Shown here: in pieces, positions 24,601-37,235 of the stretch | How the letters are laid out: each line of letters starts with the position of its first letter | Numbering within the stretch: position 1 is the first letter of the stretch | DNA from: Podarcis vaucheri | Lineage: Eukaryota | Direction: 5' to 3' (one strand) | DNA length: 64,000 nt | Assembly (NCBI GenBank): GCA_965113315.1 | Contig: OZ220367.1 | The notes under the pieces: model-generated | Told to the model about the DNA's origin: nothing | Database searches by the model: none | What the model saw: the letters and a program-made list of their open reading frames with translations, nothing else | Translations under genes and position numbers: made by a program

Positions 24601-25890
24601 CTCCCCCTAATCTAGCCAAATCGGACGATAAGTGAAAGGTGAATAGCACTGCGCTCCGCAAAAACAGAGGAACCCGAGGTTACTATGCCAAGGCTGGGTT
24701 GGAGAGCGACCGTGGCTCTCTGGTCGATAACGCGTGCTTACTTGGAAGTAAGCCCCGCTGAAGTCAACCGGAGTTACTTCCAGGTAAAGCAGGCTCTAAG
24801 AAGCTCTGTAGATCTGTCCCCCCCCCCCCGCTTAAATGGCTACTGTATTGTGTGCCACCACAGTGCGTTGGAACTGAATGCGCCGCCGCTGACAATTTCC
24901 ACGCTTATTCTAAAGGCAGGAATCTTAAAAGACGGAAAGGCGCTTAGGGGAGAACCTCAATCAGTCAATGCGGGGTGGTGGTTGTTTTAAACTTCTCAGC
25001 TAACGCGTAAAAGACCGAGGTGTAAAGGATATTTAAGACAGATCTACACACGAATGATAGGCAAGTAGTGTGATATAAGCCGCTCTGGGTCTTCAGAAGG
25101 CGCTAAGAAGTCACAACCCCAGGTGGGATTTAAACACACACACACAATTTTTTTTCACATTTTGGGACAAATTATACTGAAATACTTCGGTTTAAGCGGT
25201 CTGGATTGGGATGTATCATATTTCTCTTTTGCACCAGCTTCAGGAAGGAGCAGTACAGCCAGAATCTAAAAACAAAATGATTACTTAAAAAACACACCCA
25301 GCTAGTCATTAACAAATTATGGAAATTGACACCAAAGCACATTTTGTTACAAAGGGGAACACAAAGGTTCTATTACTTCATAAAGTAACAGATACACGAA
25401 TTATATTGGGTTTTTTATTTTCTAGATCGTTGATGATGGGTACAAATCGATTTTTATTGTAGGAGAAGGCGAAGAGCTTAGACAGAGAATACAAAGTTGC
25501 CTGTTTCTCTCCTGAAAAATAACTCAGTACATTTTAAAACAAAAAGGTGACCCTGGGGAAGCCCTCCTCCAAAACGCTCCGGCTGCTGAGATTTTTTTTA
25601 TTTTTACAGGTATTCGAGAGGAATATTTTTTAATTAAAAAAAAAAACCCCAAACCAGCTCAGAACCCTTACCCCAAGAATAAGACCCTGACATCATGCCA
25701 ATGTTTTAATGTCAGATTATTATTTTTTAAAAATCTATTTTTGTAGTTCAAGAATTTTAATTTTGTAAGGAAACTTAATAACAATTACCCCCCTAAAGTA
25801 ATGAATTGCTACATTAGTCTTAACTTTTCTCAGCAAGGGGACAGAAAAGAGGGGGGGGGGGGAGAGATAGAAACTGAAAGTGACCATTAA

Positions 25891-25982
25891 AGGCTGCAGT
25901 CCTGAACTCATTTACTTGGGAATAAACCTCACTGTGTATAGTGGGACTTACTTCTGAGTAGACATGTATAGAATCACACTGT
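25891..25982. repeat. ~90-bp palindromic interspersed repeat (best-preserved copy of a multi-copy family in this window)
   Basis: GGCTGCAGTCCT..TTTACTTGGGAATAAACCTCACTG / GTGGGACTTACTTCTGAGTAGACATGTATAGAATCACA. Related copies lie near 24736, 38847, 39441, 48427, 51440 and 55221. Confidence 0.65.
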
Positions 25983-27369
25983 TTCAAAGGTATAGCAGAG
26001 GTAGTAGGAGTTCATCAGAAAGCAATAAAAAAAAACCCCTACCCACCCCAGTATTAATAATTACATGGCTGAAGAGTCAGCTGATCTGAGAGACAGTGCA
26101 ATTAATTTAACTTGGAGAGTGTGTTCGGGCAAGAGAGTCTGTCTTTGTGTACGTTTGAATTCTCCCTTTTCTGGTTCAGGGACTGAGAGAGAGCCCAGGG
26201 TGTGAGGTCTTCATGCTGAAGTGTGGGTGCCTGAGGGTGGGCCATTTAGGAGAAATAGGCATAGTTCCTAATATAACTTACATAACTCAAGCTTCATATT
26301 TGTTTTTCAGAATTATCCACCTCAGGCTGAGACAAAAAGAACCATCTCCACCTTTCCTTTATCCAAGAGGATACGCCAGCCTTTCTGACATGCAGTTCAA
26401 CCCAAGCCACTGATTTTCAGAAGTTATAATGTGTTCAGTAGAACATCTAAGTATGTGGGCAGAGAATTGCTAACAAAATTAAGAAAACTGATAAAATCAT
26501 AAATTAGCATTAGTTACTGGGAAAAAGGAGGTACCACCAGTCTTGCAGTACACAGGAAGAAGCCTCACTGACTCATATTGTTTTATTCCTTATTAATAAG
26601 ACTATTGTTTTGGAACAGTTTTCTCTTCATGACCACCTTACCGTAATTTCTGCTCTGGTATATGTGAAATTTATATAATATGTGGTACGCAGGTACGGAA
26701 ACATTGAAGTTGAGGTTGTTTGAAACCTAGTACTACAGGACTGATATGTATTAGCTGAAAATATGGGGGTGATGAACACCCACATGCTCCTGGGTTCTGT
26801 TTCTTTGTCACACTCTGATGTGACAAAGAAAGGAGACCTAGAGCAGGACCTTTTAGATAAAAAGGCGGGGTTGTGCTTACAATAGTGGACTCCATTTGGG
26901 TCTGTGTTATAATGCACCCAAGCTGCAGATAGAGTCAGCAAGACTGTAGAGAGGCGGCCAAATCTTGCTTCTTCCAAACATCCAGGTTAATCTGGAACAG
27001 GTTTAGCCACCTCTCCCTAGGGTGATTCTAATTAGACCTACCATGTGACAATAAAGGGGCATATGTCTTTCTATGACACTCATTGACTTTCCTTCTAAGG
27101 AGAGGAACCTATTAGACCCAGAGAGATGAGAGGAGAGGAACAGGTGCATTGAAATGGTAGGCATTCTCTTTCACCAGCCATTAAGACAGGTGAAAATTTG
27201 GTATAACAGGAAAAGGACCATTGCAGTCTGATTTCATCCTGTTCCAGTTTAGCTTGTTCTGCAAATAATAATAAGCAACAAAACAACAACAACAGCTGTA
27301 ACAGAAACAATAACTTACGATACACCTAAAATTTGCCAGGTTAATTAAAACCTGCGCACAGATTTACAA

Positions 27370-28570
27370 TCTAATGTAGAGACAAGACACATTGTGGAGG
27401 GAAGTAAAGGGGTGAAATGATGTTTTTTTAAAAGGAGGGGTTCGAACGCAGAGCCAGAAGAAGAGAGCAGGACATAAGGCAGGAATTGCAGGGAGGTGGG
27501 AACAAAGGAGATTATATGCAATGATGTAAAGGTGAATTTTGATAGCCATGAGGCAGGAGGGAAGGAAGTTGATAGGCTCTAAAGAGCCAGGGCGGTAAAG
27601 TGGGTAATGATGATGTGAATGTATATAATTAAATGGAAAATAAACAATACACACACACACACACACGTTCGTGCGTGTGTGTGTGTGTGTGTAGACAAAG
27701 GACATTTGTGGGGAATAAAGAGGGCAGTCTTAGGTTTAAGGCTGATATCTGTAGGTAGGTCTAAGATCCTGAGGAGGAACAGAGAAAGAAAACAAAATAG
27801 TTACAGAAGAGCAAAACCAGTAAGACATTTGAAAATGTTCACAGGCGTCTTGATTTGAAATCAAGGAGAGAGTGAGAGGACACTGGTGATGAGAACAGTG
27901 AAACTGAGTAATGCAAACTGAGCCGCAAGTAGAATATATCAAATGAGCGGCAGCACACAGGAGAGAGAGGGAAGTTATTTAATAACAGATGTTGAAAGAT
28001 GAAGTACAAGGTTGTAATAGTCAATGAGAATAAATGAGAGAATGGGCTAAAATGCTGGTAAAGCCTGCAGAAAGAAAATAATGAATTAAGGTCTATATTA
28101 AACAACTGAAAATAACAAGACCTGGAAGAGTGGAGGAAGAGGAAAGGAAGAATTAGAAGAAGACACGATTCCGGCCTTGATAAGTCTACAAACACTAGCA
28201 TGATCAAGAACAAGAAAAGGTGATGTTGCAGTAATAAGAAAACCAGAAGCTCAGTTTTAGTGGAGTTATATTTTAGATACAGTGGTACCTTGGGTTAAGA
28301 ACTTAATTCGTTCTGGAGGTCCATTCTTAACCTGAAACTGTTCTTAACCTGAGGTACCACTTTAGCTAATGGGGCCTCTTGCTTCTGCCGCACGATTTCT
28401 GTTCTCATCCTGAAGCAAAGTTCTTAACCCGAGGTACTATTTCTGGGTAAGCGGAGTCTGTAACCTGAAGTGTCTGATGAGAAGCAGAGCAGAGACTGGG
28501 GCAAGAGAAGAAGAAGATAGTTCATGTAAAGAGTTGTAGGTCATTGGCATAAAGGTGGAATATTTTCTTT
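27370..28570 (-). mobile_element. Old, fragmented L2-type LINE
   Basis: The minus strand near 28530-28562 translates FHLYANDLQLF, a decayed RT motif HLYADDTQLY. It is interrupted by the MITE at 28280, and the boundaries are approximate. Confidence 0.55.
28280..28476. mobile_element. Tc1/mariner (Tigger-like) MITE, right end truncated
   Basis: TA followed by left TIR CAGTGGTACCTTGGGTTAAGAAC, with internal inverted copies GTTCTTAACCTGAGGTACCACT and GTTCTTAACCCGAGGTACTA. Confidence 0.8.
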
Positions 28571-29273
28571 CTTAATTTTAATGGAGGCAGACAGGAGAAG
28601 TAAATGTTACCCAGTTAATTCCACGGATGATCCTATCTTCATAGTGACAAAGTTGTTATAAAAACCACAACAGTGCAATAGTCACCATTTTCGTCCCAGA
28701 AATGTGCCTCCAGTTTGGCATTTGGAAACTCTTGTCATGGTGAGAAAAGCAGGTGTAGGAACTTGGTTTTGCAGAAAGTTTGCACAATATCTGTTGAAAT
28801 GGTCTTCTGATTCCTACTGGCTCATATGAACACTGCAATATACAATAGTAAATGATGGATTCCACTAGAGACTTTTGGCTACAAAATCATGCGAGATCAA
28901 CCATTTTTTGTTGTCCAGTGCAGCAGTATTAGGATGTTCAGTTTTAGTGTTGCAAAGAATCAGACTAAGCTGTGGTAGTATCAGGTTCAGTATCAGAGGA
29001 AGCCCCAGTGGTTCCTGCTAAATATCCCCCTCCACTCCAATAGTGGCTGTGGTTGGAAGTCTCCTCACTACGGCAGCAATAATATGAGTGTATGCCTTCT
29101 TAAGCCATGAAACCTTGGCCATATCTAATTCAAGGATCCATCTCCATGCCCTTAGTCAGATATTAATTAATTCCAGGAAAGTTTACACTGGGCATCCTCC
29201 ATCAAACATCTTCCTCTGGTAATTAGATTAAGTCTAAATTTACATTTCCTGCAAAATGCCCATGAGGGACAAA

Positions 29274-29480
29274 AGAACATAAGACAAGCTTGCTGGATCA
29301 GACCAATGGGTCATCAAGTCCCTGTGTCTTGTTGTCACAGTGGCCACCCAGATGCCTGTGGAAAGCTTGTAAGCAGGACATGAGCACAACAAGGCTCTGC
29401 ATACCTGCAATTCCCAGCAATGCATCACTGTGCATCTGACAGGCATGGTAGCCATTGAGAACCTTGTCCTCCATGAATTT
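29274..29480 (-). mobile_element. CR1-type LINE 3' end fragment
   Basis: AAGAACATAAGA..GCTGGATCAGACCAATGG..CAGTGGCCA..CAGATGCC resembles the reverse-complemented 3' UTR of squamate CR1. Confidence 0.6.
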
Positions 29481-31793
29481 GTTTTTCTAAAAATTGATTT
29501 ATTAACAAAAAAGGGCAAACATAATAAAGAAAAGAAACAACGAATCAAAAATTTAATCCATAAAGTCTTAATATTTGTATGAGAAATAAAATCATTCCAT
29601 GATAACTGGGCAATTCTTGCAAACTTCATCCAAGTAAGCAAGGCAGTATTGTCATTGTTAAACCAACAGTGTCCATTGCAATAATGTCTGTGGTGTGTAG
29701 TCATCTTCAGTAAAGACCCCCAGAACAGAACTGCAGTGAACAGATATTTAAGATATGGGTCCATAGCAATATACTCAAGTACCTTATGCAATATGTTCAA
29801 TAACAGTTTAACATCAGATGTATAATGCCTTTAACAATTTGTTGGCGGTGGCGTGGGTGGTGGAGAAACAGCTTACAGAATACAGTGATTGACCTGACAG
29901 AACCAAATATGTATAGAGGGGCAAGACACAATTTTAGCCTCTGTCAGTCATCATTGACAACAGTGAGCTAGATGGATCAATTGCCCGACTGTGGAAGTTT
30001 CCTGTGCACACTGCAGTTTCCTGTGTAAACTGACTGGCCAGTGACTCTACAGGGTTCAGGCAGGGATTTTTCCTAGCCCTACCAGGAGGTGCTAAAGACT
30101 GAACCTGAAGACTTCTGCAGGTAAAAGCATGAGCTATGGTCATTCTTTCCTCTGAGCTACTCCTCTGTCATTTTGGATGGGATAGCAAAACAACCTCCCA
30201 GATCTTCCTGACTCAGTCAAGAGTCCTATGGCTGATGCTTTGCAAGGGTTTGGTGACGCTTCCAGGTGAATGTGCCAAATAGATAGTGGAGAAAAATGAT
30301 AGGGAGCACTTGGATGTCTCTGACTGCTACTCTATCCATTTATCCTCCCCACCTAAGGGAGATAATCATATAAAATAAATCTGAGTTGGTTTCACTTCAA
30401 AACTGAAGAGCAAAACAGAAGCCACATTGTTGTTCATCTAGTTCCTTCCTGCCCGAAAGCCACTTCCCTAATGATTTACTTCTGAAATGGGAGGGAGATG
30501 AGTTCACCAGCATCCTTTTGGGATAAACCTAGCCATACACCCTCACAGCTTCTGCATATTAATTAGTGGGCTTGGCAGCTTAAATAAGGTAGAGAGGTAT
30601 GGGGTCTTTTTCTCCATAGCACATATATTTAGTTCCAACATCTCAGAGCCCATGAAGTGCTTCCACTGAATGTTTCAGCAACAGAAATGATTACAATCAT
30701 CATTATTTTTAAGAGCAAATAAGAACATTTCATACTATGATCAGAGTTTGTAGAAACATTGTGTGGAATATAGGATTCCACTAATGGATAAGACACTGGG
30801 AAGAAGCTGGCAAAATTTATTTATTTCCATAGGAATTTAGTTGTTTGTCTGGCACAACTAAAATCCTCAAACGCTTTAAATCATGAAGGTTTGTTTGAAC
30901 TTCATTGGCTTCTCTTCTTCTTGCCCCTATGAAACAAGCTTTGGGAACTCTGTACATTTAGGAGTAAACACAGATTCTTATTTCTTCCCTTCATGTTCCT
31001 TACTTTCAGCCTTCCTCCCTTTCTTGTTAAAAATCAGTCAGGTTTTTTAAATACTCTTTTTAAAGACAGCCTTAATAAAGATGTAGAAGAGGCAGCATGA
31101 CCAAAGCCATTGCAAAACATTTGCTCATACATGCAACCGTTGCTAGAGTTGAAAGGCATTGTGATAAGGTTATTGAGCCCCAGTGTGCGGTTTTCTTTGT
31201 ATGGCCCTGATCCAAAGAAAGACAACTGCTCCAGAAGAGTCACTTGTATTGCCACCAATCAGAGCTAGAGATGCAAAACGTCTCTAAATAGAGACAGAGA
31301 TGGGAGCAGTTGAATTGTATTCTATGGAGACGTAATGTAGCATAGCAGCCTAAGAGACTGAGAACCAGTCACCATTAAGTCACTAGATTGCCCAAGTAAA
31401 CCACTGCTTCTCAGTTTCAACCCCCCCCCCCGTGCAAAATTATCATACGGAAGTGCTTTGAACACTTCAAAGCATGTTGTTATTGTTGACAGCATCCCTT
31501 GATACCTATGTCAAGTGTACACTGCGATTTATTGAATGTGGTTCTCCTCTCCCCAATCTATTGATTGTGGTGCACACCCTTAACTTTCTTTTTTTTTTTT
31601 TTTTTGTCTGTACTGGTAGGCTTTGTACATACCATACCTTTACAGAACATTAAAAGCACATTCTTTCCCACAAATAATTATGGGTTCTGCAGTTTACCTC
31701 TCACAAGCAACACCCAGCAGTTCTCAGCAACACTTAACCAACTATAGCATTCATAATTCTTTGAAAGAAAGAATATACTTTAAAGGTATAGCA

Positions 31794-31988
31794 CAGAGCT
31801 TTCCAAACTTTTCATATTGGTGGGACACTTTTTAGACAGGCATTATTTCATGACACAATAACTCAGTTTTACTAGCAAACAGGAAGTTAAACTAGCCTCT
31901 TTCCTGCCCCGGGAGGAGCGTTCGTGCGACACACCCACACACTGCAGCCAACACATTAACGTGTCGTGACACAGTTTGGAAAGCTCTG
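31794..31988. mobile_element. hAT-type MITE
   Basis: Perfect 16-bp TIR CAGAGCTTTCCAAACT / AGTTTGGAAAGCTCTG. The flanking 8-mers match only 4/8. Confidence 0.78.
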
Positions 31989-33702
31989 CTGTAGTGTGTA
32001 CAGACTGTTTTTCTCTCATTCTTGAATCAGCATGGCAACTAGTAACATATCTGAGGCTATCTGCAAAAATGATGGTTAAAGTATGTGTCTGTGTGTATGG
32101 GGGAGGGGGGGGAATCAAATTAAAAAGCTATATTGTCCACAGACTTTACTTTGTTTTCTACCTTTTATTGAGACCATTCATAAACTAGACTAGCCTAAAA
32201 CAAGTAACTTGTGAAAACAAATTGAGATGAAGGAGCAGGGCTTATTGGGTGAGGAGCTGAGCTAAATCTGAACCCAGAACTCCCCCCCCCCCCGCCTCAG
32301 TCGTGAAACATGTAAAGAGACCAAGACAGCATACGCAAAGTGTCTGTCTTTCCCTCTCCACCGGCCGTTGGTATTACTCCCACCCCTCAACTGCAATTTG
32401 GGTTAAGGACTTCCAGGTCAGAGAGCATGAGCTCAGTCACTTTCTTATTTCAGAAATTAAGCTCTGCTTGGCGGTTCTGCTTCCAAGTGGGCTTCAGCCT
32501 TGACATTCCTCATTGTACAAATATGACACCATCAGGTTAAATTCACATGTGTTAGCACTTCTGTCTACGCAGCAAATACAGCCGGCATAGGGGAAGTCAA
32601 TGGGGTAACCTGTCCATTCCTTTTTCGTCGCTTTCGTGTGCCTCACCCTCTATCAGCAGTTTTCTGTCTTTGTGCTTTAATCTTACTCTTCCTTCTACCT
32701 TGCAGTGTGTCAGAACGGCTTCATTCAGTGCTGAGATGGAAAAAACTGCATACTCCAACTCTGCAGGGATGCTACAGAACTGAACAGTCGAGTTTCCCCC
32801 TGGTACCAGCATCTTACCTTTGCAGTTTTTGCTCTTCCACCAGCCCTGAAGCAACTTGTCTGCTCCCAAATTGGAGTCTTCCTTATGGCAGCACAGATAC
32901 TTGATACTCCTTTACTGGTAAGGCAGGCTGTAAATGTATTGTGAAGTGCAATTAAGTGCATAACGGTGGCCAAATACAGTTGCTCTCCACATTCACCTGT
33001 GCGTTATTTTTCTTGCAGAGAATTATTACTTTTGTTTACATTTCATAGTGTTTCGTTTTTAATGGCTGCAAGACAATACAGGATCTGTGCCATTTTGAAC
33101 AGCTCTTTATCCCTGATTTAGAACTGGAATCACTATATTATTTTGAATAGCACGTTGAGATTTTGCAAAAGTGAACAGAGAAACAAACCCTGTCCATAGG
33201 CTTACAATCTCATACAAGTCGAAGTATGGAGAAGATGAAAGGGTTAGAAGGCAGACTACCCAAAGCCCTTTTAGATACACTATGATTAACACCACAAAAA
33301 TACCTTCCTAAGTTTCCCTAATTTTAATTGTTCACTAAATGCTTCCTTCTGTTTTGGGGTATACCTTTATAGATTCTTCTTCAGTGGTGGATGGGAAGTG
33401 AGTAAAGAATCATGACAGAAAAGGTCATACTCTCAAAACCAAGAAAAATAAAAGTAATGTCATCTCCTCTAGTGTTGAAGGTTAAATATTTTAGTGAAAA
33501 GTGTCAGGGATATAAGAGGACATTGACTGAAACAGTGGCCTGCTTTCCTTAAGTAACTGTCTTTGTGCCACAGTCTTGAATCCCCCAGCTTAAAGCCCTA
33601 TTGGAAATGAGGTCATAGGGTGAGAGGTCAAGTATCAGGTGACCATGAGTTCAAGTTAAAATGTGGCAGCAGTGCTCACCAGGGACAGAGAAAGCCAAAA
33701 AT

Positions 33703-33733
<31 letters not shown>

Positions 33734-35039
33734 CACCAGCAGACATAGAGTTCTGTCAAGCATAACAAAAAATAAAGATCTGATCTCTTTGTGTATCAAA
33801 AATTAAAATGAGTATGGGAAATACTGTAAATGTTTGCTCTAGGCTTGTTTGCTAGTGGGGTAGTTTTATGGTCTGCTTCTAGAGACAGCTCAGATGATGA
33901 AAGAAAATTAATGTATTGCGTTCAAATATTACTAGCAGAATATGCTCACTCTGTCAGAATTATCTGGAAATTTCAAGAGAAACTGCAATGCGATAGAAAC
34001 TTTTTTGTTAACTTTAGAATGCTAAATTTTAAACATTGATCTCTATGTTATTTACAAAAGCCTTACAGCCTGTCCAGTATTATTATTATTACAGTATTAT
34101 TTACTCACAACTGAGTCGTGCTATATTCCACAGAGCTTATTCCCAATGGTGCATTGGTTTGCTTGTTGTATTTGTTGTACTATTAATATGACACACCTAT
34201 CAGTAGCAGATCCCAGGGTGGTTTTCAGCAAATTAAAATCAGAATTAAAAACATTTAAAATGGTTTACAGTCACAGGAAACGGGTGAGTTCTGAAAACAC
34301 ACATCTCAGGTGTCAAAGGCCTAGGGTAAAAGGGGCATTTTCAGTATCGCCAAAAGTTATTTTGTGAATTTGCCAGACACACACCTGCGTGGAGGGAATT
34401 CCACAACTTAGGGGCTACCACAGTGAATGCCTTTTCTGGAGGCTGTACGGATGTGTATAGATGCTAAGGGAGGATATATTTATTAAATATTATCCTTCCT
34501 TCCTCATGTTTGTGAGTTCAGCAGAGTGCATTCCTTTGCAGCTTAGAAGCTTAGATAGGCTAGTTTTAGTCTTTTAGTTTAAGTCATTCAGGATGTTTTA
34601 AGGCAGACTGGATTCTCCTGGTATTTCCCCCCTGAAAACAATAACCACATAAACAATCTTGTAAATGGTAAAAATGACGTTTACTCACTCAGAATACTTG
34701 TTGAAGAGTAACAGACGCAGCAGCTTTGTTCAGGCAGGCTTAAAATGGTAATCCAGTTATGACGACATACTTTAGTCCAGTTTAAAATGGAGTCTGATCT
34801 GTGCCTCAGACTCGGCATATGTTCTCACGTTGCTGGAGCAAGGTGAGAACAGGGCACAATGGCTCTCAGAGTTCTCTCTAGCAAACTTACAGGAAAACTC
34901 TTTGAGCTTCAGCCCCTATCATGTGCCTGTCTAGCAAACATACATCATTGGTTTGACTGCATTGTAAATATCCCACAGAGGCACTACCCCACAACTTCTG
35001 AGAGAGGTGGAACTACTAAGAGGGCCTCCAATGCAAATC

Positions 35040-35600
35040 TTAACACTAAGCAGGCTCTCTAGGGAGGCGGTGGCCTTTGCAGCTATCTGGGGCCTAAGTC
35101 TTTTGGGGCTTTAAACGGTAGCATGAGCACCTTAAATTGGGCCCAGAAACATACAGGCATCTGGTGCAGCTGCCTTAAAATGGGTTATGTGAATTCTAAA
35201 GGCAACCCTAGCTAGCAATCTGGCCATCTGCATTTTAGACCAGTTCAAGTTCTGAGTCAAGGTCAGCCTCGTGTACCCAGGATTGCAATAATCCAATCTG
35301 GAAGTTTAACTAGAGCGTGGAACACCATGGCTAAGTCATCTCTGCCTAAAAGGAATCATAGCTGGTGAACTAGCCATAGCTGGAAATAGGCACTCTTAAC
35401 TACCAAGGCCTCCTGAACCCCTGCTCCTTTCAGGGGAATGTAACCGCTATCCAGAAAACACTCTCTTCTCACCTCCTGGATTTGATAACTTGGAACACAT
35501 AACACAACTGTCTTTTCAGGATTCAATTTCTTGGCCCACATCCAGCCCATCACTGCCTCCAAACACTTGCCTAACACCTCAGCTGCCTCCTCTCCTGATC
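35040..35600 (-). mobile_element. Degenerate L2/CR1-clade LINE ORF2 fragment
   Basis: ORF 35356..35676 contains CLEAVMGWMWAKKLNPEKTVVL and SAYFQLWLVHQL, typical post-RT motifs of L2-clade elements. Confidence 0.7.
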
Positions 35601-36082
35601 CATATTGTGAATGGAAGGAGATGTCTGGATTCAGCCCAGTGTCATTGTGGTACCAGTTCTGCAAGGAACAATGCACATTGACGAGAAAGGAAACTCATGG
35701 GGCTAGCAGTCCTTTTCACTTGTTGAAACAGTAAAAATAACTCCTCTGGCACCAGAAAGAGATACAGCAGGTGAATTAAATGTTACTTTAAAAAAACCCC
35801 ATCTATTACTTATTCTCAGTTTTTTACATTTGCATTTCAGCCATTCTCCGTTGAGTACATGGAATCACCTAGTTTTTCCTCCTCAAAACAGTCTTATAAA
35901 ATAGGTGAGTGAGGAGTATAACTTTCTCTGCTGCCATTCTGCCTAAAATAGCACTCAAAGCAGCTTACATAACTATTAAAATATAAATGATAATCGCTTA
36001 CTCCCCCCCCCCAAACTGTACAAAAATAAAGCATAAGGTAACAGTATAACACATCAGAAAAAAATTAACAGATAAAAACTAT

Positions 36083-36231
36083 TATGGGCGTAGCCAGGAT
36101 TTTTGTTGGGGGGCAGGTCTTTTGTTGGGAGGCAGAACCTCAGCTAGCTATGTATTTTTTATTGTTTTTTATTGATTGGGGGGGCAGCTGCCCTTCCCTG
36201 CCCCCCCTGCCCCCCCTTGGCTATGCCCATG
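36083..36231. mobile_element. hAT-type MITE
   Basis: TIRs (T)ATGGGCGTAGCCAGG / CTTGGCTATGCCCATG, with degenerate 8-bp TSD AAAACTAT / AAGACTAC. Confidence 0.72.
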
Positions 36232-37091
36232 AAGACTACAATGCTGAATGTACTTATATATATACATGTAAAGACTGATACAACCATGCACAGGATTGCT
36301 GTATCAAATAACAACAGGCAAAACAATCCTGACCCAGGATCTGAGAAGGTTGGCAAAATAAAATATGTTTAATCCTGTGCTTGAAGCTTCATAACATGGT
36401 GGCCTCCCTGGTATCGCTGCAGACAAAACTTCAAGAGCTGCGGCAACCCTTTGGAGGGTATGACCCCACTCCAAATGATCAAGCCCAGGGGAATCCAATT
36501 TATAAATCTCTAAAAAGAGGGGGGAGTTATGCAGGAAAGGCACCCCCTAAGGGTGGAACTGCACAGTATATACAGTACAGGGACATTTACCAAATACTAT
36601 GACAATACTTAGTTTGAAGTGGATGTCCAAAGTGGGGATATCTTTTCCCCAGTGGTGATAAAAAGCCACTTAGGGAATAGTTTTCATTGGGGGAAAATGG
36701 AAGAAAGTGGAAGTCTTATATGCCTGTCTTCAACTTCAGATTGCAAACTCTGTTGGCTGCACTGCATGTGACATACACTCCACCCCGCCAAAAACTGCAT
36801 ATATGTCATTTGTCCTCCTCAAACCCCTTAGGGATTCATAGGTCACAACAAGTACATTGGCTCATGTTTGGAAGCGAACCGGCAACCAGAGTAGCTGAGC
36901 AAGAATCAGTATAATATGATTCCAGTGCCTTGCTCCGTCCGGAAGGTGGGTGGTGGCATTGTATTCCAGCTATACTGGCGTGGTTAAGAACAGAACCTGT
37001 ATAATGCCATCAGTGTGTGATTTTGCTTAAGTGTTTCATGTGAATATCAAATGCTATGGATGGACCTTTACAGAATAGGTTAATTGCTTCT

Positions 37092-37235
37092 GGGAAAGGG
37101 CCACAGCTCAGGGGCAGAGCCTCTGCTTTGCATGCAAAAGATCCCAGGTTCAAATCTCTAGGTAGAGCTGGAACTGCCTCCTTTCTGAAAGCTGGAGAGA
37201 TGCTGCCATGTAGTGCAGGCAATATTGAGCGAGGC
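37092..37235 (+). mobile_element. Degenerate tRNA-derived SINE
   Basis: A-box-like CAGCTCAGGGGCAGAGC and B-box-like GGTTCAAATC with tRNA-like spacing. A related minus-strand copy lies at about 30035-30135. Confidence 0.6.

Larger units (their letters stand above)
14900..24950. promoter_or_regulatory. Extended upstream cluster of CpG islands (densest at about 22300-24500)
   Basis: Sustained CpG retention with no recognisable LINE or SINE insertions. Confidence 0.65.

Noticed and set aside
29240-29800. 186-aa minus-strand ORF
   Set aside because: It reads through a CR1 3' fragment and possibly a decayed L1/Tx1-like end, so it is a chance composite rather than a gene.
34560-34640. Possible terminal exon of a neighbouring gene (minus-strand TGTTTTCAG acceptor, ..PGES..)
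   Set aside because: The frames stop within 10-15 codons and do not match any protein I recognise.
37092-37160. tRNA-like sequence (also the SINE head at about 39810-39885)
   Set aside because: A/B boxes belong to SINE heads, with no complete cloverleaf or acceptor stem.
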